Shown: positions 26,706 to 35,177, counted from the first letter of the stretch. The stretch is 64,000 nt of DNA from Thermoplasmata archaeon (GCA_028864975.1 JAGWLG010000017.1:1624-65623); one strand, 5' to 3'. Notes: generated by a model not told the origin, from the sequence alone. Translations and numbers: made by a program.

Positions 26706-27100
26706 CGTCCCCGGACCTGATCTGGCTCCTCCGGGGGCTCATGGGGGTGATCCTAGTGGTCGGGACACTCACCGCTTACTACGCCCTCGCCGCAGGACGT
26801 CGGGCCCGCTCCCGGTCGATGCTCCTGATGGGCGGGGGGTTCGTCCTCATCTCGCTCGCCGCCGCGTCTGCGGGGCTGGTCTATGAGATCTTGACCCACG
26901 ACCCGCTCACGGCCTGGACGGTGAGCGCCGGCCTTTCGGCGGCAGGGTTCGTGGTGATCCTCTACTCTCTCCTGGTGCGGGAATCCGCGCCTCTGGGGGA
27001 CCCCGCCATGGAAGATCTCCGGGGGGAGGCGGGTTCCGGTGCAGAGGTACGGGTCCCAAACGCTGAGTCCCAGAAGTTGGATTTGACCTCCGGCAGGTGA
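26702..27100 (+). CDS. Small membrane protein (3 TM), translationally coupled to the ArsR-like gene
   Basis: ATG at 26702-26704 overlaps TGA at 26703-26705 (ATGA). Hydrophobic helices LLRGLMGVILVVGTLTAYYAL, LLMGGGFVLISLAAASAGLV and VSAGLSAAGFVVILYSLL. Confidence 0.6.
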   Translation: MTSPDLIWLLRGLMGVILVVGTLTAYYALAAGRRARSRSMLLMGGGFVLISLAAASAGLVYEILTHDPLTAWTVSAGLSAAGFVVILYSLLVRESAPLGDPAMEDLRGEAGSGAEVRVPNAESQKLDLTSGR

Positions 27101-27152
27101 ATCTCCCCCGGGTCGGGTCCCCAAGGCGGCAGGGCCGCCGAAGAGGAAGAAC

Positions 27153-27836
27153 ATGTCCGAAGTCACCGAGAGGTCCTTGTCCGACGAGAAGCAGACCCCC
27201 TACGAGACCCGGACCGGCCATCCCCCAGCCCCGGTGGGGAAGGGCACGGGCGCGTTGGTCGTGGTGGCGGTCGTGGCCTTGCTGGTGGGCGTGGGCGGAG
27301 GGTTCCTGGTCGGTCACGCCACCGTGAACAGCCCTTCCCCCGCCCCCAAGGCCGCGACGCCGGTCGACTACGTCTATCTCCAGATCAAACCGGGCTGTGC
27401 CTGGTGCGCGTCGCCCTTCAACGGCTCGGACGAGTACACTCCGGCGAACTTCACGGTCCCCGCCCACACGCTGATCGTGCTCACCATCACCAATTTCGAC
27501 AATGGTGTGAACCCGGTCGCGCCCTCGGTCCGTCAGGTGAGCGGGGTCCTGGGGAACGTCGAGTACCAGGGGGCGTCAGCGCCCTCTTCCTGGGGAACGA
27601 CGGCGAGCTCGGTCGATGGGAGCGCGCTCTCGCACACCTTCAGCGCGAACCCGCAGAGCACGACGTCGGGGTTCAACGTGCCGATCCCGGCGTCGACCGG
27701 CCCCGGAGGCAACTCGGTCACCGTGATGATGTTCTTCAACACGACCGGGTCGATCTCCTGGCAGTGCAACGCTCCGTGCGATGGCTGGTCGATGGCTCAG
27801 GCCGGGTTCATGGCCGGGACGATCACCGTGGTGTAA
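27153..27836 (+). CDS. Membrane-anchored cupredoxin-like protein (metal-site residues degenerate)
   Basis: N-terminal anchor ALVVVAVVALLVGVGGGFLVG. The beta-rich body reads 'FTVPAHTLIVLTITNFDNGVNPV'. The C-terminus 'ISWQCNAPCDGWSMAQAGFMAGTITVV' resembles the cupredoxin C-terminal loop (C-x3-C...M..G.I.V) but lacks the His. Confidence 0.55.
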   Translation: MSEVTERSLSDEKQTPYETRTGHPPAPVGKGTGALVVVAVVALLVGVGGGFLVGHATVNSPSPAPKAATPVDYVYLQIKPGCAWCASPFNGSDEYTPANFTVPAHTLIVLTITNFDNGVNPVAPSVRQVSGVLGNVEYQGASAPSSWGTTASSVDGSALSHTFSANPQSTTSGFNVPIPASTGPGGNSVTVMMFFNTTGSISWQCNAPCDGWSMAQAGFMAGTITVV

Positions 27837-27876
27837 ACGACCAAGCGAAAGTGGCTGAGGGGGGTGGATGGCCCCC

Positions 27877-29226
27877 TCAGCCCGAGCAACCCGAGACGGC
27901 GTAATCGTCGCCGTTGAACTCGGCGAACCCGTAGTCCTCGTACATGTCGGTCTCGGTCACGGTGACCTGGTTCACCGGGTCGTAGAAGACCACGACACCG
28001 GTGTTCGAGTTGTATGAGAGGATGACCGAAGGGCCGAGGGCCTGGTGGAGGCTCTGGACCGTGGAAGCGGGGATGTTCGGGTTGTCCTGCTGGCAGTTGG
28101 CGTAGGTGTTGCCCCCTCCCCCGCTGGTGCCTCCCCCTGTACCCCCGCCGCCAGGGGATCCCCCGCCCCCTCCGAGTCCCGGGGGCGTTGCGATGATGGA
28201 GGAAGGGGTACCGGTCTGCTGGGTTGCTGTTCCGAGCGACACCCCCCCGACGACCAGGGCGACCAACACCAAGGAGCCGGCCCGGTACGCCACGGGCCAT
28301 CGGATAGATGAGGCGAGGGCGGCGCGAGAGCGCTTCGCCCGCTTGGCGTCGCGAGCACCGATCCCCACCGTCGAGGATGTCAAGGCCGGGGAGGTCCGGC
28401 GGTGAACGAAGGCCAGGAGGTTCCCCAGGAACAGGGCGAACAGGACCCCCACCGTGGGGAGGAAGATCGGGAGGAAGGAGGAGCCGATCGCGATGACGAT
28501 GGCATACATCGGCTGGAAGTTGGGGTCGCTCGGTGCCGTGCGGGGCTCGGTGACCATGAAGAGGCCGAAGAAGAGCACGGCAGGGTCGACCACCGACAGA
28601 GCGAGCAGCCGGGGCGAAAGGATGCCACCCACCAGGAAGTGCTCGAGAGCGGCGAAGCCTGCATAGGCCACGAAGAAGCTCGCGGGGATGCGCCACCGAC
28701 CGGGTTGACGGAACGCAAGGAGCGCTCCGAGGACGACGACCAGCACCTCCGCGTTGGGCGAGACCGCGGCCCACCAGGCGGGGGCCATGCCGAAGATCAG
28801 GGCGCCGAGGAGCAGCCCTGCGCCGGCCGGGTTGAGCCACGGCCGGCCCCGAAGACGGAGCGCGTGGCGGAGGCCGATGGCCGCGACGGCGACCGCCCCC
28901 GCTTCGACGAGGACCACTGTCGGAGGGAGCAAGAGCGCGAGGAAGAGCCCGGTGGCGATCGCGGACTCGGGCACGCGGAGCTCCGAGAATCGTGCGCGCT
29001 GGAAGAGCAGGTCCGTGGCGGCGGCGACCATGGGCAGGGCGACGAGCGAAGCTAGGCCCGCTCCTCCGAGGAGGTAGGAGCTCGTCCCGCCGAGCACGAT
29101 CAGGAAGATAATGAGCAGACGCACCGGTGGTAAGCGGTTCAACACCGGCCGGGCCAAGACGCGAAGCCTCTCGAGCGGGCGGTCCCCCTTCACGACGAAC
29201 GTTCGAGGCTCGGGGGGGTATATCAC
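27877..29226 (-). CDS. RnfD/NqrB-like polytopic membrane protein with a Gly-rich linker and a small Cys-containing extracytoplasmic C-terminal domain
   Basis: Signature 'LFFGLFMVTEPRTAPSDP', and it is a paralogue of 20891..22261 (both have '(L/I)PPVRL(L/V)' before the first TM). The listed ORF (to 29439) overlaps the plus-strand gene at 29281, so I place the start at in-frame GTG 29226. GTGs at 29265 and 29193 are alternatives. Confidence 0.6.
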   Translation of the reverse strand: MIYPPEPRTFVVKGDRPLERLRVLARPVLNRLPPVRLLIIFLIVLGGTSSYLLGGAGLASLVALPMVAAATDLLFQRARFSELRVPESAIATGLFLALLLPPTVVLVEAGAVAVAAIGLRHALRLRGRPWLNPAGAGLLLGALIFGMAPAWWAAVSPNAEVLVVVLGALLAFRQPGRWRIPASFFVAYAGFAALEHFLVGGILSPRLLALSVVDPAVLFFGLFMVTEPRTAPSDPNFQPMYAIVIAIGSSFLPIFLPTVGVLFALFLGNLLAFVHRRTSPALTSSTVGIGARDAKRAKRSRAALASSIRWPVAYRAGSLVLVALVVGGVSLGTATQQTGTPSSIIATPPGLGGGGGSPGGGGTGGGTSGGGGNTYANCQQDNPNIPASTVQSLHQALGPSVILSYNSNTGVVVFYDPVNQVTVTETDMYEDYGFAEFNGDDYAVSGCSG

Positions 29227-29245
29227 CCCTTCAACCAAGAGTTCG

Positions 29246-29260
29246 ATAGTTTCATATGTT
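29246..29260. promoter_or_regulatory. AT-rich box (atagtttcatatgtt), possibly bidirectional
   Basis: It lies about 27 nt upstream of ATG 29281 (+) and about 28 nt upstream of GTG 29226 (-). Confidence 0.35.
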
Positions 29261-29280
29261 ACCACCCCTGTGGCCGCTCC

Positions 29281-29571
29281 ATGGCGCTCTTCGTGGCCCA
29301 GCACCAGCACGCGTCCGATCATTGCCCGGCGAAGGACCCCAAGATGGGCGCGATGCTGCTCCAGCATCTCTCCTCGCCCAACGCGGCCAAGGCGGGGATC
29401 ACGATCCACGGAGAGGCCGTGGCCACGGGGAAGCACCACCTCTTCCTCATCCTCGAAGCCCCCAGCGAGGGCGCCCTCAAGCAGTTCCTCGCGCCGTTCG
29501 GACAGGCAGGAAGCGTCGAGATCATCCCCGCCAGCCCTTGCGAGCAGGTCGTCGCCCAGGGCGGGTGCTAG
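29281..29571 (+). CDS. Small conserved-looking cytoplasmic protein (96 aa)
   Basis: MALFVAQHQHASDHCPAKDP...HHLFLILEAPSEGALKQFLAPFGQAGSVEIIPASPCEQV. The composition is balanced, third codon positions are GC-rich, and an AT-rich box lies upstream. No family is assigned. Confidence 0.55.
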   Translation: MALFVAQHQHASDHCPAKDPKMGAMLLQHLSSPNAAKAGITIHGEAVATGKHHLFLILEAPSEGALKQFLAPFGQAGSVEIIPASPCEQVVAQGGC

Positions 29572-29680
29572 CCGTCGCGCTCGGCAGACCGGGCCGTGGT
29601 GGGGCGGGGCGCCCTGTTCGTAGGCTCGGACCGCCCCGCTGAGGCTATTTCAAGAGGACCGCCATTCGACCCCCATCGCG

Positions 29681-32600
29681 ATGGTGTCGTCCGCGACCGC
29701 CCCTCTAGCGGGAGCCCTGCTCACGCTCCTGGTCCTGCTCGCCACCCTCCCCCCGACCTCGGTGCACACCGGCGGTCCCGAGGTCCCCTCGACCTCGGCA
29801 ACGCTCCAGGGTCTCGCTGGTGCCGACCCGGCACTCGCTGTCGCGCCCAGGGCCCTCGGGATCGATCACAAGGCTCTCTCGAGCGCCGGCCTCGAGGGAA
29901 GCTCGGCGACAGGACCCGGGGAGGTTGCGGTCTCCACCGACGACGATCGTCTCGCGGGGAACACCCTCCTCGAACTCCAGATGACCGTGCCCCAGGGGCC
30001 GTCCGCGAACTCGGTCGATGACCTGTGGGTCGAGGAGCCCATCTCGAGCACCATCACGGCTGGGGTGGGGCTCAGGATCCAGGGCACCGCTACGACACCG
30101 CAGGACTTCGCGGAGTACGCGGTCTACGTCTCCGGCAGCCTCACGACCCTGGTCGTGAACCGCACCGCCTCCTTCGCACCGGGGACCTCGTTGGTGCTCG
30201 CGCTGGAGTCCTCGGGGTTCGGGACCTGGTGGAGCTTCACCGCCCAGGGCACCCGCATCCAGGCGGGCGGGAACAACGGCACGCTCAACCTGGGGATCCG
30301 AAGTGCCGTGGCCTTTGCGGCGGGCTCGCTCCCTGTGGCCACTCCTACCTTGGTGGCGACGAGCGACGGCAACGCCTCCTTCCCGGAGACGAGCGTCGAC
30401 CTCGCCCTCGGAGCGATGGTCGGTGGGACGTTCCTCGCTCCGGGGGACGGGATCTCTACCTTCATGGGAGCGGGATGGGGAGCGGAAGGGTTCGATGAGA
30501 ACGTCTCGTTCGCACCCGGCGCCCTTCTCCTGAACGGGAGCCTTCCCCCCCTTGCGGCCGGGACCTACCTTTGGGGGGTCGGGGGACCAGGGTTCGGCCC
30601 CTCCGCCCAGTGGACCAGCAGCAACTCGGCCTCGCTCGGGGCGGCGGGGAGCGGCCTGAACACGACCCTACCTAGCGCGAACGTACCCGGTAGCAACGGA
30701 AGCTTCTGCTCCGTACTGGGGGAGCCGTTGGACCGCGGGGTGACCCTGGAGGCCGGGATCTGCTGGCGCTCGGACCCCGGCGTGGCGGTTCCGTTCCTCG
30801 CCGTCGCGACCCCCACGGGGAACTTCCAGGTCTCCCCCGCGGTCCCCGTACCAGGGTCCGGGGCGATCGCTCATCTCGCTTGGTCCGCCCAGGGCGGGGG
30901 ATACTGGCAGGCCACCCTGAATGGGCAGACGATGGCCCCGTCGGGGTCGAACGGCACCGTTTACGGTGGCTCGGCCTTGGCCAATGCCACCGTCGCTCCG
31001 TGGGGTGAGCTCTGGGGAGGGGGACCTTCCTCGAACTACCCCTCGGCAGTGGAACTCTCGCCCGCTCTCGAAGTGCAACCGACCATCGGATCGGTGCTCG
31101 TGCTCGCTTCCTACGGTGTCGCAGGACCCTCGACCGCGGTCGCCGCGCTCGAGGGGAACGCCGAGAACTGGACGATCACCCCAGGAACGTTGAGGCTCCT
31201 GCCTGGAGGACCGGCCACCTCGGCGGGGATGGCCCTCTGGAACGCGACCGGGCTCTCCCCGGTCGTGGTCACCGTGAAGGGCGCGCCATCCTCTACCGGT
31301 TCCGCCCAGCCCATCACGCTCGAGGTCTGGGGGAACTTGTCCGGAGGAGGTCCGGTTTCCCCTTCGCGCCTCTTCCTCTCAACGAACCCCACGGTCGGGT
31401 ACTCGGCGACCGCCCTCGGCCCCGGGGCCTGGAGCGTGAGCCTGCTCGCACCCACCTACTCGACGAACCTTTCCCGGTGGTCGATCACGGCGACCGTTGG
31501 GGCACCGGACCGGGCCCCCGCGGGCTGGGTCACGACGCTGCTGCTCGGGCCGGGAAGCCTCTTGGCCACCCTGACGACCCCTGGCCGGGGGTCAGTGCTC
31601 GACGTCGGCACGACGACGTTGCACTTCTGGCTGAACACGACCTACGCGCCTTCGGCCCCTGTCTCGGGGGCGAATCTCACCCTCGCGTCCGCGCTGGGTG
31701 GGAACCTCTCGGCCCTCACCGCGACGGGAGCGGGCACGTACGTCGCAGTCTTCTCCCCTACGCTCACCCCGGTCGCGGTCAACAACAGCCTGGTGGGGAG
31801 CGCGAGCGCGCCGGGCTTCTGGCCCCTCTCCGTGAGCCTGACGCTGGTCGTGGCCCCCTCCCCCCTCCAGATCTCGGTCCGAGGTCTCAACGCCTCTCTT
31901 CCCGAAGGCTCGAACGTTTCGGTCGTGGTCTGGTCGAACGACTCGGTGGGGACGGTCCAGAACGCGACCTGGAGCGCGGAGCTCAACCTGAGCGGATCCT
32001 GGACCGGGAACTTGGTCACTTCCGTCGGGCCGCCAAGGTCGGACGGGGGGCGGAACGTCACCCTCGCGTTGCCGATGCTCTCCGCCACGGGTTCGGGGAC
32101 CCTGCTTTGGAACGCGGCGCACTGGGGCTACTTGGGAGCAACGGCTCGGACCTCGCTCACGCTGGTCGCCCTTCCGCTCTCCGTCTCCTTCTCCGCGCCC
32201 CAGAACGTCCGGGTCGGGGCGTTGTCGGCGACCGTACCCTTCGTCGCCACCGGGGGGAACTCGACCGCTCTGGCCGGCGTGTCGGTCACCCTCGTCCTGC
32301 CTGCGGGCGGGGGGAGCCTCGCTTCCGACGTTGTGGTCAGCGGCACGGGCGGAGCCGGAAGCTTTGTGTGGTTCCCCCCCACGGCCCCGGGGAGCTGGAC
32401 CGCGACGTACACGGCTTCGGCCCCAGGACACCCCACGGTACGTGGTTCTGTGGTCCTGACCGTGACGGGAACTGCGAAGAGCGGGAAGGGCTGGTTCTCG
32501 GGGCCCACCCTCGATGCTGTCGTCATCGGGGGCATCGTGGGAGCCGCACTGCTCGTCTTCTTCCTGCTGGGTCAGCTGCGATGGAGACGACGGACCAGAC

Positions 32601-32773
32601 CCGCGCCTCGGGTGACACGTCGCCGACGGGAACGGAGGACCCGTGGGGGCCCTGGGACCGAACCAACGGTCGAGTCCTCGGGCTCGGAGAGCCCCCCTCC
32701 GCCCTCCCCCGAGCCCCCTACGCCTCCACCACTGCCGGGAGGGCCGGAACCCGCAGCGGAACCGCCGAAGTGA
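29681..32773 (+). CDS. Large secreted, heavily sequon-decorated envelope protein (S-layer candidate) with a C-terminal TM anchor
   Basis: Signal peptide MVSSATAPLAGALLTLLVLLATLPPTSVH. I counted about 25 N-x-S/T sequons by eye. C-terminal TM VVIGGIVGAALLVFFLLGQL is followed by RWRRRTRP and a Pro-rich tail. Confidence 0.75.
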   Translation: MVSSATAPLAGALLTLLVLLATLPPTSVHTGGPEVPSTSATLQGLAGADPALAVAPRALGIDHKALSSAGLEGSSATGPGEVAVSTDDDRLAGNTLLELQMTVPQGPSANSVDDLWVEEPISSTITAGVGLRIQGTATTPQDFAEYAVYVSGSLTTLVVNRTASFAPGTSLVLALESSGFGTWWSFTAQGTRIQAGGNNGTLNLGIRSAVAFAAGSLPVATPTLVATSDGNASFPETSVDLALGAMVGGTFLAPGDGISTFMGAGWGAEGFDENVSFAPGALLLNGSLPPLAAGTYLWGVGGPGFGPSAQWTSSNSASLGAAGSGLNTTLPSANVPGSNGSFCSVLGEPLDRGVTLEAGICWRSDPGVAVPFLAVATPTGNFQVSPAVPVPGSGAIAHLAWSAQGGGYWQATLNGQTMAPSGSNGTVYGGSALANATVAPWGELWGGGPSSNYPSAVELSPALEVQPTIGSVLVLASYGVAGPSTAVAALEGNAENWTITPGTLRLLPGGPATSAGMALWNATGLSPVVVTVKGAPSSTGSAQPITLEVWGNLSGGGPVSPSRLFLSTNPTVGYSATALGPGAWSVSLLAPTYSTNLSRWSITATVGAPDRAPAGWVTTLLLGPGSLLATLTTPGRGSVLDVGTTTLHFWLNTTYAPSAPVSGANLTLASALGGNLSALTATGAGTYVAVFSPTLTPVAVNNSLVGSASAPGFWPLSVSLTLVVAPSPLQISVRGLNASLPEGSNVSVVVWSNDSVGTVQNATWSAELNLSGSWTGNLVTSVGPPRSDGGRNVTLALPMLSATGSGTLLWNAAHWGYLGATARTSLTLVALPLSVSFSAPQNVRVGALSATVPFVATGGNSTALAGVSVTLVLPAGGGSLASDVVVSGTGGAGSFVWFPPTAPGSWTATYTASAPGHPTVRGSVVLTVTGTAKSGKGWFSGPTLDAVVIGGIVGAALLVFFLLGQLRWRRRTRPAPRVTRRRRERRTRGGPGTEPTVESSGSESPPPPSPEPPTPPPLPGGPEPAAEPPK

Positions 32774-32906
32774 TGCTCACTTCGTACGCGGGCACGCACA
32801 CGGAGAGGGCGGAGGTCTTCCCAGGAGCGCCAGAAGTCCTGCCGCGTTGTTCGAGTCAAGGGCAGTTTACCTCAGAATCTAATCCTCGCTCGCGGGTTAG
32901 ACTCTC

Positions 32907-33326
32907 ATGTCCGCGCCGTCCCCTCCAGTCCCCAGCCGGCCTTCTCCGCGGGGACGCCGTGTCGTGATCAGTCTCGTGGTCCCCGTCGCACTCGTCGCGG
33001 CGCTCCTCGCGATGTTCTTCCTCCCCTTCAACTCCGTGTCCCAAGAGATCCAGGTGTCCTCCGCTTCCCCCGCGACGGGCACCCTGACCATCCCCCGGGC
33101 CGGATGGGTAACGGTCCACATCGATCACCCGGGAGGCATGCCGATGCACTTCTGGATGGGGGGTGAAGGAGGTTCGGGCATGATGCACGACATGACGATG
33201 ATGAACGGCGCGGCATCCTACTCGTTCTGGTCGAACGGGGGAACCTACCCGTTCGGGGCAGAGTGCTCCAGCATGATGGGCGGAACGATGCCGGTATGGG
33301 TGAACGCTACCTGGGGCGCGGTCTGA
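32907..33326 (+). CDS. Small membrane-anchored Met/His-rich protein (putative Cu(I)/soft-metal binding)
   Basis: Anchor VVISLVVPVALVAALLAMFFL. Mature part: 'HIDHPGGMPMHFWMGGEGGSGMMHDMTMMNG...ECSSMMGGTMPVW'. Met/His clusters of this type occur in CopC/PcoE/CusF-type copper proteins. Confidence 0.55.
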   Translation: MSAPSPPVPSRPSPRGRRVVISLVVPVALVAALLAMFFLPFNSVSQEIQVSSASPATGTLTIPRAGWVTVHIDHPGGMPMHFWMGGEGGSGMMHDMTMMNGAASYSFWSNGGTYPFGAECSSMMGGTMPVWVNATWGAV

Positions 33327-33571
33327 AGGCTCTGAACTGAGTTCGGGCGTCCCACGAAGGTCCCGAGGGGACGGCCTCGCCCTCGCGCTTCGTAGTAGAT
33401 GCGTCCCCGTGGGAGATTCTCGAACACGTTGTCGGCGCTCAGGAGCAGGACATGGGTCTTGGGCACGTCCCGCCGAGGCTTCAAGGAGGGAACGGCGGGC
33501 CAAGGGAGAGGGGGCCTGAGGGCAACGATCTATCCTTTCGAACGCCGAGCCGGGGGGGCGCCGAACCCTCG

Positions 33572-34732
33572 CTACCGGAGGACCTCCACCAGGCCGAGAA
33601 GGGCACTCCGCTTGTCCTGGCGGTTCTTGAATCGATACAGGTGTCGGCCGAGCCCCCGTCTCACGCCCTTCGTGCGTGAATTCAGCTTCCGGGCCTTCAC
33701 GAGCTTCCGTGCGTCGTAGAAGATGAGGAGGTCGAGCCGGACCGGATGACCCCGGTCGATGGGCGCTCCGTTGTAGAAGTGCCAGACAACGCCACCGAAC
33801 CAGGAGCGACCGCCTCTCTCTCTGTCGAACTTGTCGAGGACCAACCTCGAGTTCCGCATCCTGAGAGGACCTGCGTGGATGTCGTAGTCGTAATCCTTGA
33901 AGTCATCGTGTGCGACGCCCTTCCGAGATGGGTCGTACTTGTCTGTCCCCCTGTCGAGGATGATAGCGATCAGGTCATCATGGTGCAACCCGGGATGGTC
34001 GTCGAGGCCGATGGCCCGGACAACGTAGGTGCCGTCCGGGAACTCCGCCTCGACGGCCTGGTCGACCTTGACCCCAATCGCATGGTAATCTGGCTCCCGG
34101 GCGACCGTGTAATCCGGGACCGCAACCTGGGCGATCCTGACTGGAGACGCGCCGCTGCTCCTCTCGCAGGACCTCTCCCGAGAGCGAAGGGGACTCCCGC
34201 CGATCTGACGGAGTATCTCGGCTAGTGGCAGAGATGCGTCCACGACCTCGAAGCCTGACGCTCTTGCGAGGGATGGCCAAGTGCGAGCGGCCCTCCGGAC
34301 CCACGCTCGCTGGGCGGGTCGCGTGTCCCGACCCCAATCATTGTCCCGCTTCGGATCGTCTAGGCGCGCGTGGATGACAGCCCAGGGGGCGCGCAAGAAG
34401 ATCCTTCGGTCGAAAAGGCGCGCGAGATCGAGGTTGAACATGTTGTCGCTGGCACCGCAGACGACGATGTCGGAGTTCCGCGAGAGGAACCTCTGCAGCG
34501 TGTTCTCATCCCAGAAGTTCTGCCAGCCGTCGGCCTGGAGGTACTGTTCGTGGGAGATTCCGCGCAAAGGGCGCCCCCGGGGGTCGACCACGCGCATCAA
34601 CCTCGGGATGGCGTCGGCGTCGACCGCAAGGGTCCCTTGCTTCCGCAGGTAACGAGCGAGGGTACTCTTCCCTGAACCGGAGGGCCCAGTGATGAAGATA
34701 CGACCTCGAAGACCCCCCTTGCCGTCCCGCAT
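33572..34732 (-). CDS. P-loop NTPase/kinase-like domain fused to an uncharacterised ~200-aa C-terminal domain
   Basis: The start is at the internal Met (MRDGKGGLRGRIFITGPSGSGKSTLARYL), 22 nt after the upstream stop. Walker A is 'GPSGSGKST' and a Walker-B-like motif is 'DIVVCGASD'. I recognise no motif in the C-terminal part (IAQVAVPDYTV...HLYRFKNRQDKRSALLGLVEVLR). The N-terminal 134 aa of the listed ORF overlap the DUF2493 frame and are rejected. Confidence 0.65.
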   Translation of the reverse strand: MRDGKGGLRGRIFITGPSGSGKSTLARYLRKQGTLAVDADAIPRLMRVVDPRGRPLRGISHEQYLQADGWQNFWDENTLQRFLSRNSDIVVCGASDNMFNLDLARLFDRRIFLRAPWAVIHARLDDPKRDNDWGRDTRPAQRAWVRRAARTWPSLARASGFEVVDASLPLAEILRQIGGSPLRSRERSCERSSGASPVRIAQVAVPDYTVAREPDYHAIGVKVDQAVEAEFPDGTYVVRAIGLDDHPGLHHDDLIAIILDRGTDKYDPSRKGVAHDDFKDYDYDIHAGPLRMRNSRLVLDKFDRERGGRSWFGGVVWHFYNGAPIDRGHPVRLDLLIFYDARKLVKARKLNSRTKGVRRGLGRHLYRFKNRQDKRSALLGLVEVLR

Positions 34733-34754
34733 CTCCTGCGCAAACGGTTGTCGC

Positions 34755-35123
34755 CTACAACGTCCTTTCGCCCGCGTGGGAAGTGAGCCGGACGGGGATT
34801 CCCGCCAACCGAGCCCGCGGAACCATGCCGTTTCCCCCACGGCAAGTTCCGTGGTCCTCGGTGAATCCCAGAACCAAGTCGGGGCGGCCCTCGTCGGGCA
34901 TCGCCTGGTTGCGAGTCGCGCCCGCCGCGTGCCCGTAGCGCTCCCAATCGACTGGGAGCGCCTGCACGGAAGTGCCGAGGGTCCTGGCGGCCACTCCAGC
35001 GAGGGTGTCAGCGCCAGGGGCGGCCCCGTGAATGATGCGCGAGATGGCGGACGTGTCACAGAGCACCGAGAGGATGAGCTCCCCGTCGCTCCCGTCGCGC
35101 GAGCCACAGACCAAGATACGCAC
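34755..35123 (-). CDS. DUF2493 / SLOG-superfamily (YspA-, DprA-related Rossmann-like) protein
   Basis: 'MRILVCGSRDGSD...RIIHGAAPGADTLAGVAARTLG...LPVDWERYGHAAGATRNQAM...DLVLGF' matches the DUF2493 pattern as I remember it (VCG.RD / HGGA.GAD / DW..YG..AG..RN). Confidence 0.7.
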   Translation of the reverse strand: MRILVCGSRDGSDGELILSVLCDTSAISRIIHGAAPGADTLAGVAARTLGTSVQALPVDWERYGHAAGATRNQAMPDEGRPDLVLGFTEDHGTCRGGNGMVPRARLAGIPVRLTSHAGERTL

Positions 35124-35177
35124 GGACCCCTCACTGGAGAAGGAAGCTCATCGTGATTTCAGAAGCTTCAGAAGCTC

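Noticed and set aside
20891-29226. Calling the two RnfD-like genes parts of an Rnf or Na+-NQR complex.
   Set aside because: No rnfA/B/C/E/G or nqr partners are present. I could not find the S/T-G-A-T FMN-attachment motif. Both proteins carry non-canonical fusions. Only a family-level 'RnfD/NqrB-like fold' is claimed.
33245-33484. 79-aa minus-strand ORF (MKPRRDVPKTHVLLLSADNVFENLPRGRIYYEARGRGRP...) in the convergent gap after the Met-rich gene.
   Set aside because: The first ~50 codons look coding (GC-rich third positions), but the ORF overlaps the 3' end of 32907..33326 by about 80 nt and I recognise no motif. It may be a gene fragment at the islet boundary. It is not reported as a feature.
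34733-35134. N-terminal 134 aa of ORF 33572..35134.
   Set aside because: The composition is Arg/Ser/Pro-rich. The stretch overlaps a different frame that encodes a clean DUF2493/SLOG protein (34755..35123). The P-loop gene starts plausibly at Met 34732, just before its Walker A.
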